Part shown: positions 61,701-64,000 of the stretch, one piece after another
Layout of the letters: each line of letters begins with the position of its first letter
Numbering within the stretch: the first letter of the stretch is position 1
NCBI GenBank assembly: GCA_963693365.1
Contig: CAVNZM010000001.1
Coordinates: forward strand, 1,876,907-1,940,906
Reading direction: 5' to 3'
DNA from: Amoebidium appalachense
Lineage: Eukaryota > Protista > Ichthyosporea
Length of the DNA: 64,000 bases
Position numbers and translations under genes: made by a program
Notes under the pieces: model-generated
Told to the model about the DNA's origin: nothing
Database searches by the model: none
What the model saw: only the letters and a program-made list of their open reading frames with translations

Positions 61701-64000
61701 CTCCGGCTCTGAGTTCACCTCCAAGGATACCCGTGCTTTTTGCCTCTCCCAGGGCATCAAGGCCAGCTATGCTCCGGTGGACTGCCCTCAACTGAACGGC
61801 TATGTTGAACGACGTATGCGGTTCCTCCAAGAGATTGTCCGTTGCCTCCTCCATCAAGTCCAAGATCAGTCTCTGTCTCCCAAACTGTGGGCTGAGGCCC
61901 TCCAACATGCCGCCTACATCATCAACGTCACCCCGTCCACGACTGCCAATGGTCGTACACCATTCGAGGTTTTCTACGGTGTCAAGCCCGACATCTCCGA
62001 GCTCAAAGTGTTCGGTTGCCCTGCCTACACTCACGTGCCAGCCTCTAAACGGAACAAGCTGGCCCCCACCGTCAAACTCGGCATGTATATCGGCTATGAT
62101 CTTCAATCACACTGCCACCGGATCTTCAATGCCACCACCCATCGTGTCGGCCTCTTCCGTGATGTGATTTTCGACGAATCAGCTTATCTCCCGTCCGACA
62201 TTCCATCAACCCTTCCGACCCCCGACACCACTGCTACCTCGACCACCCCACCCCCCACAGTTGACACTGAAGATGATGTTTGTCTGGTGTACTCTGGCCC
62301 CCCTCCTGCCATCGTCGTTCCCCCGACACCCCCCCCCCACCGGCCCCCCCTGCCCCCGTGCCCGTCCAGCCTGCCGACCCTCATCCTGGCCCTGGCAACG
62401 TCACACCCATCCGACCCGGCTCCCCCGACAACTTCCACTCGGCCCCGTCCAGCCCGGAGGTTGCCCCCCCTGCACTTCCGAACTTCCAAGTTCCCCCCCC
62501 ACCGTCTCCACCTACCCCGGTTCCTGCACCCCGTCGTTCTGCCCGTCTCCAGGGCAAGGTTGGACTTCAAGCCACCACCACCCTGCCAGTCCCCCCCGGT
62601 CCCCCCATCAACATCGACCAACTACCCAAACTTGTCCGTCAACTCTGTTCCGGACCCAATGGTGATCAGGTCAAGTCAGCCCTGACTGCTGAGTATCAAG
62701 CCTTCGTCGACAAAGACATCTTTGAACTTGTTGACCCTCCCCCTGGTGCTAACATCGTCGGCTTCAAGTGGATTGTCTCCGAGAAAACTCTCAACTCGGC
62801 TGGTGACACCAAGATCAAGGCACGTGGTGTTACTCAAGGCTTCAGTCAGCAATACGGTGTTGACTATGAGTTGATTGAGAGCCCTGTCATCCGTCCGGCT
62901 GCTCTCCGTGCCATCCTAGCTCTGGCCGTTGTTGAAGGTCATGACATACATCAACTCGACGTGTCTACGGCCTTTCTCAACAGCCCACTCACCGAGACCA
63001 TCTACATGAAACAACCCCCGGGATTCATCACCATGGCCACACTTGGCAAGGTCTGGAGACTCAAGAAAGCCCTGTACGGCCTCAAGCAAGCCTCCAAGGC
63101 TTGGTACGACTTCCTCGACGGCATTCTTCTTGCCCATGGCCTGACCCGTACTAAGACCGACCCGTGCATCTACCTCCGGTTCTTCCCCAACAACGATGTG
63201 GTACGGGCTGGTAACTACGTCGATGACTCCACCATCACCAACACCCGGGGTTCTACTGCTGCCAGTGACCTGGCTGCCCACATCAGCAAGATGGCCAGCT
63301 GTCGTATGAGTCCATTTGACCGTATGCTCGGTGTTGATTTTAATCACTCTGATCCCCATCACCTCCACATGCACCAGAGGTCTTACATCATGGATATCAT
63401 CCACGACTTCAACCTCACCGATGCCAAGTCCAAGTCTACCCCCATCCCTGCAGGCACCACCGTCTCCCTGGCTGATTGCCCCCCCAACCGTTCACCGTGC
63501 CCTACCGTGAGTTACTCGGCCGTCTCCTCTGGGTGGCACGGTGCACACGTCCCGACATTGCCTATGCCATCGGCTTCCTTGGTCGGTTCAGCACCAACCC
63601 CGGCAAGACTCACTGGGACCTTCTCCGTCGTGTGGCCCGGTACCTGCTCGGCACCATTGACCTTGGCATTGACTACAAGTACTCGGCCACCCAGTCCCCC
63701 ATACTCGAATGCTACACGGATGCTGACTTTGCTGGTTGTGCCGACAGCAAGAAGTCTACCACCGGCTACATTATCGTGTTTGCTGGTATGCCCGTCATCT
63801 GGTACTCCAAGCTCCAGCCCATCACGGCCACCAGCACCACTGAAGCTGAGCTGATTGCTCTCAATGCTGGCACCCAAGAAGTTGCTTGGGTCCGTGACCT
63901 CTTCAAGGAACTCGGCTGTCCCATGCTTGCTCCGACTCCGGTGTACTGTGACAACCAGTCGACCATTGCCATCGTCAACTCCACCGGCATCAAGCACCGT
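58783..64000 (+). mobile_element. Ty1/copia family 1 copy 3 (LTR type B), runs off window; pol frameshifted at C-runs
   Basis: 5' LTR 58783-59707, PBS 59708-59720, gag ATG 59770; frame breaks at ~62330-62350 and ~63480; inserted into the second TRIM array (left flank GCGTG). Confidence 0.96.

Overview
Eukaryotic, transposon-saturated (heterochromatin-like) region rich in poly-G/poly-C tracts and (CA)n/(GA)n microsatellites. One Ty1/copia family dominates: a complete copy with TSD (4187-11877), a copy with an intact 1468-aa polyprotein (44919-52538), a copy running off the window end (58783-64000), and many solo or fragmented LTRs of two sub-types. Also present are a related copia family, a degenerate Ty3/gypsy element, two 5'-truncated non-LTR RT elements, an intron-containing MULE transposase gene, a ~192-bp satellite and one clear host gene (a two-exon LicD/fukutin-like phosphotransferase). 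The standout is 35034-36064: a tandem-array miniature LTR retrotransposon (TRIM; LTR-PBS-PPT-LTR, 5-bp TSD) in which every LTR carries a complete 73-nt tRNA-like gene with Pol III A/B boxes and a T5 terminator. It is a tRNA counterpart of the 5S-carrying Cassandra TRIMs. A second, unrelated tandem TRIM with a half-tRNA-iMet primer site lies at ~57137-58782. All comparisons were made by eye; no database searches were run.
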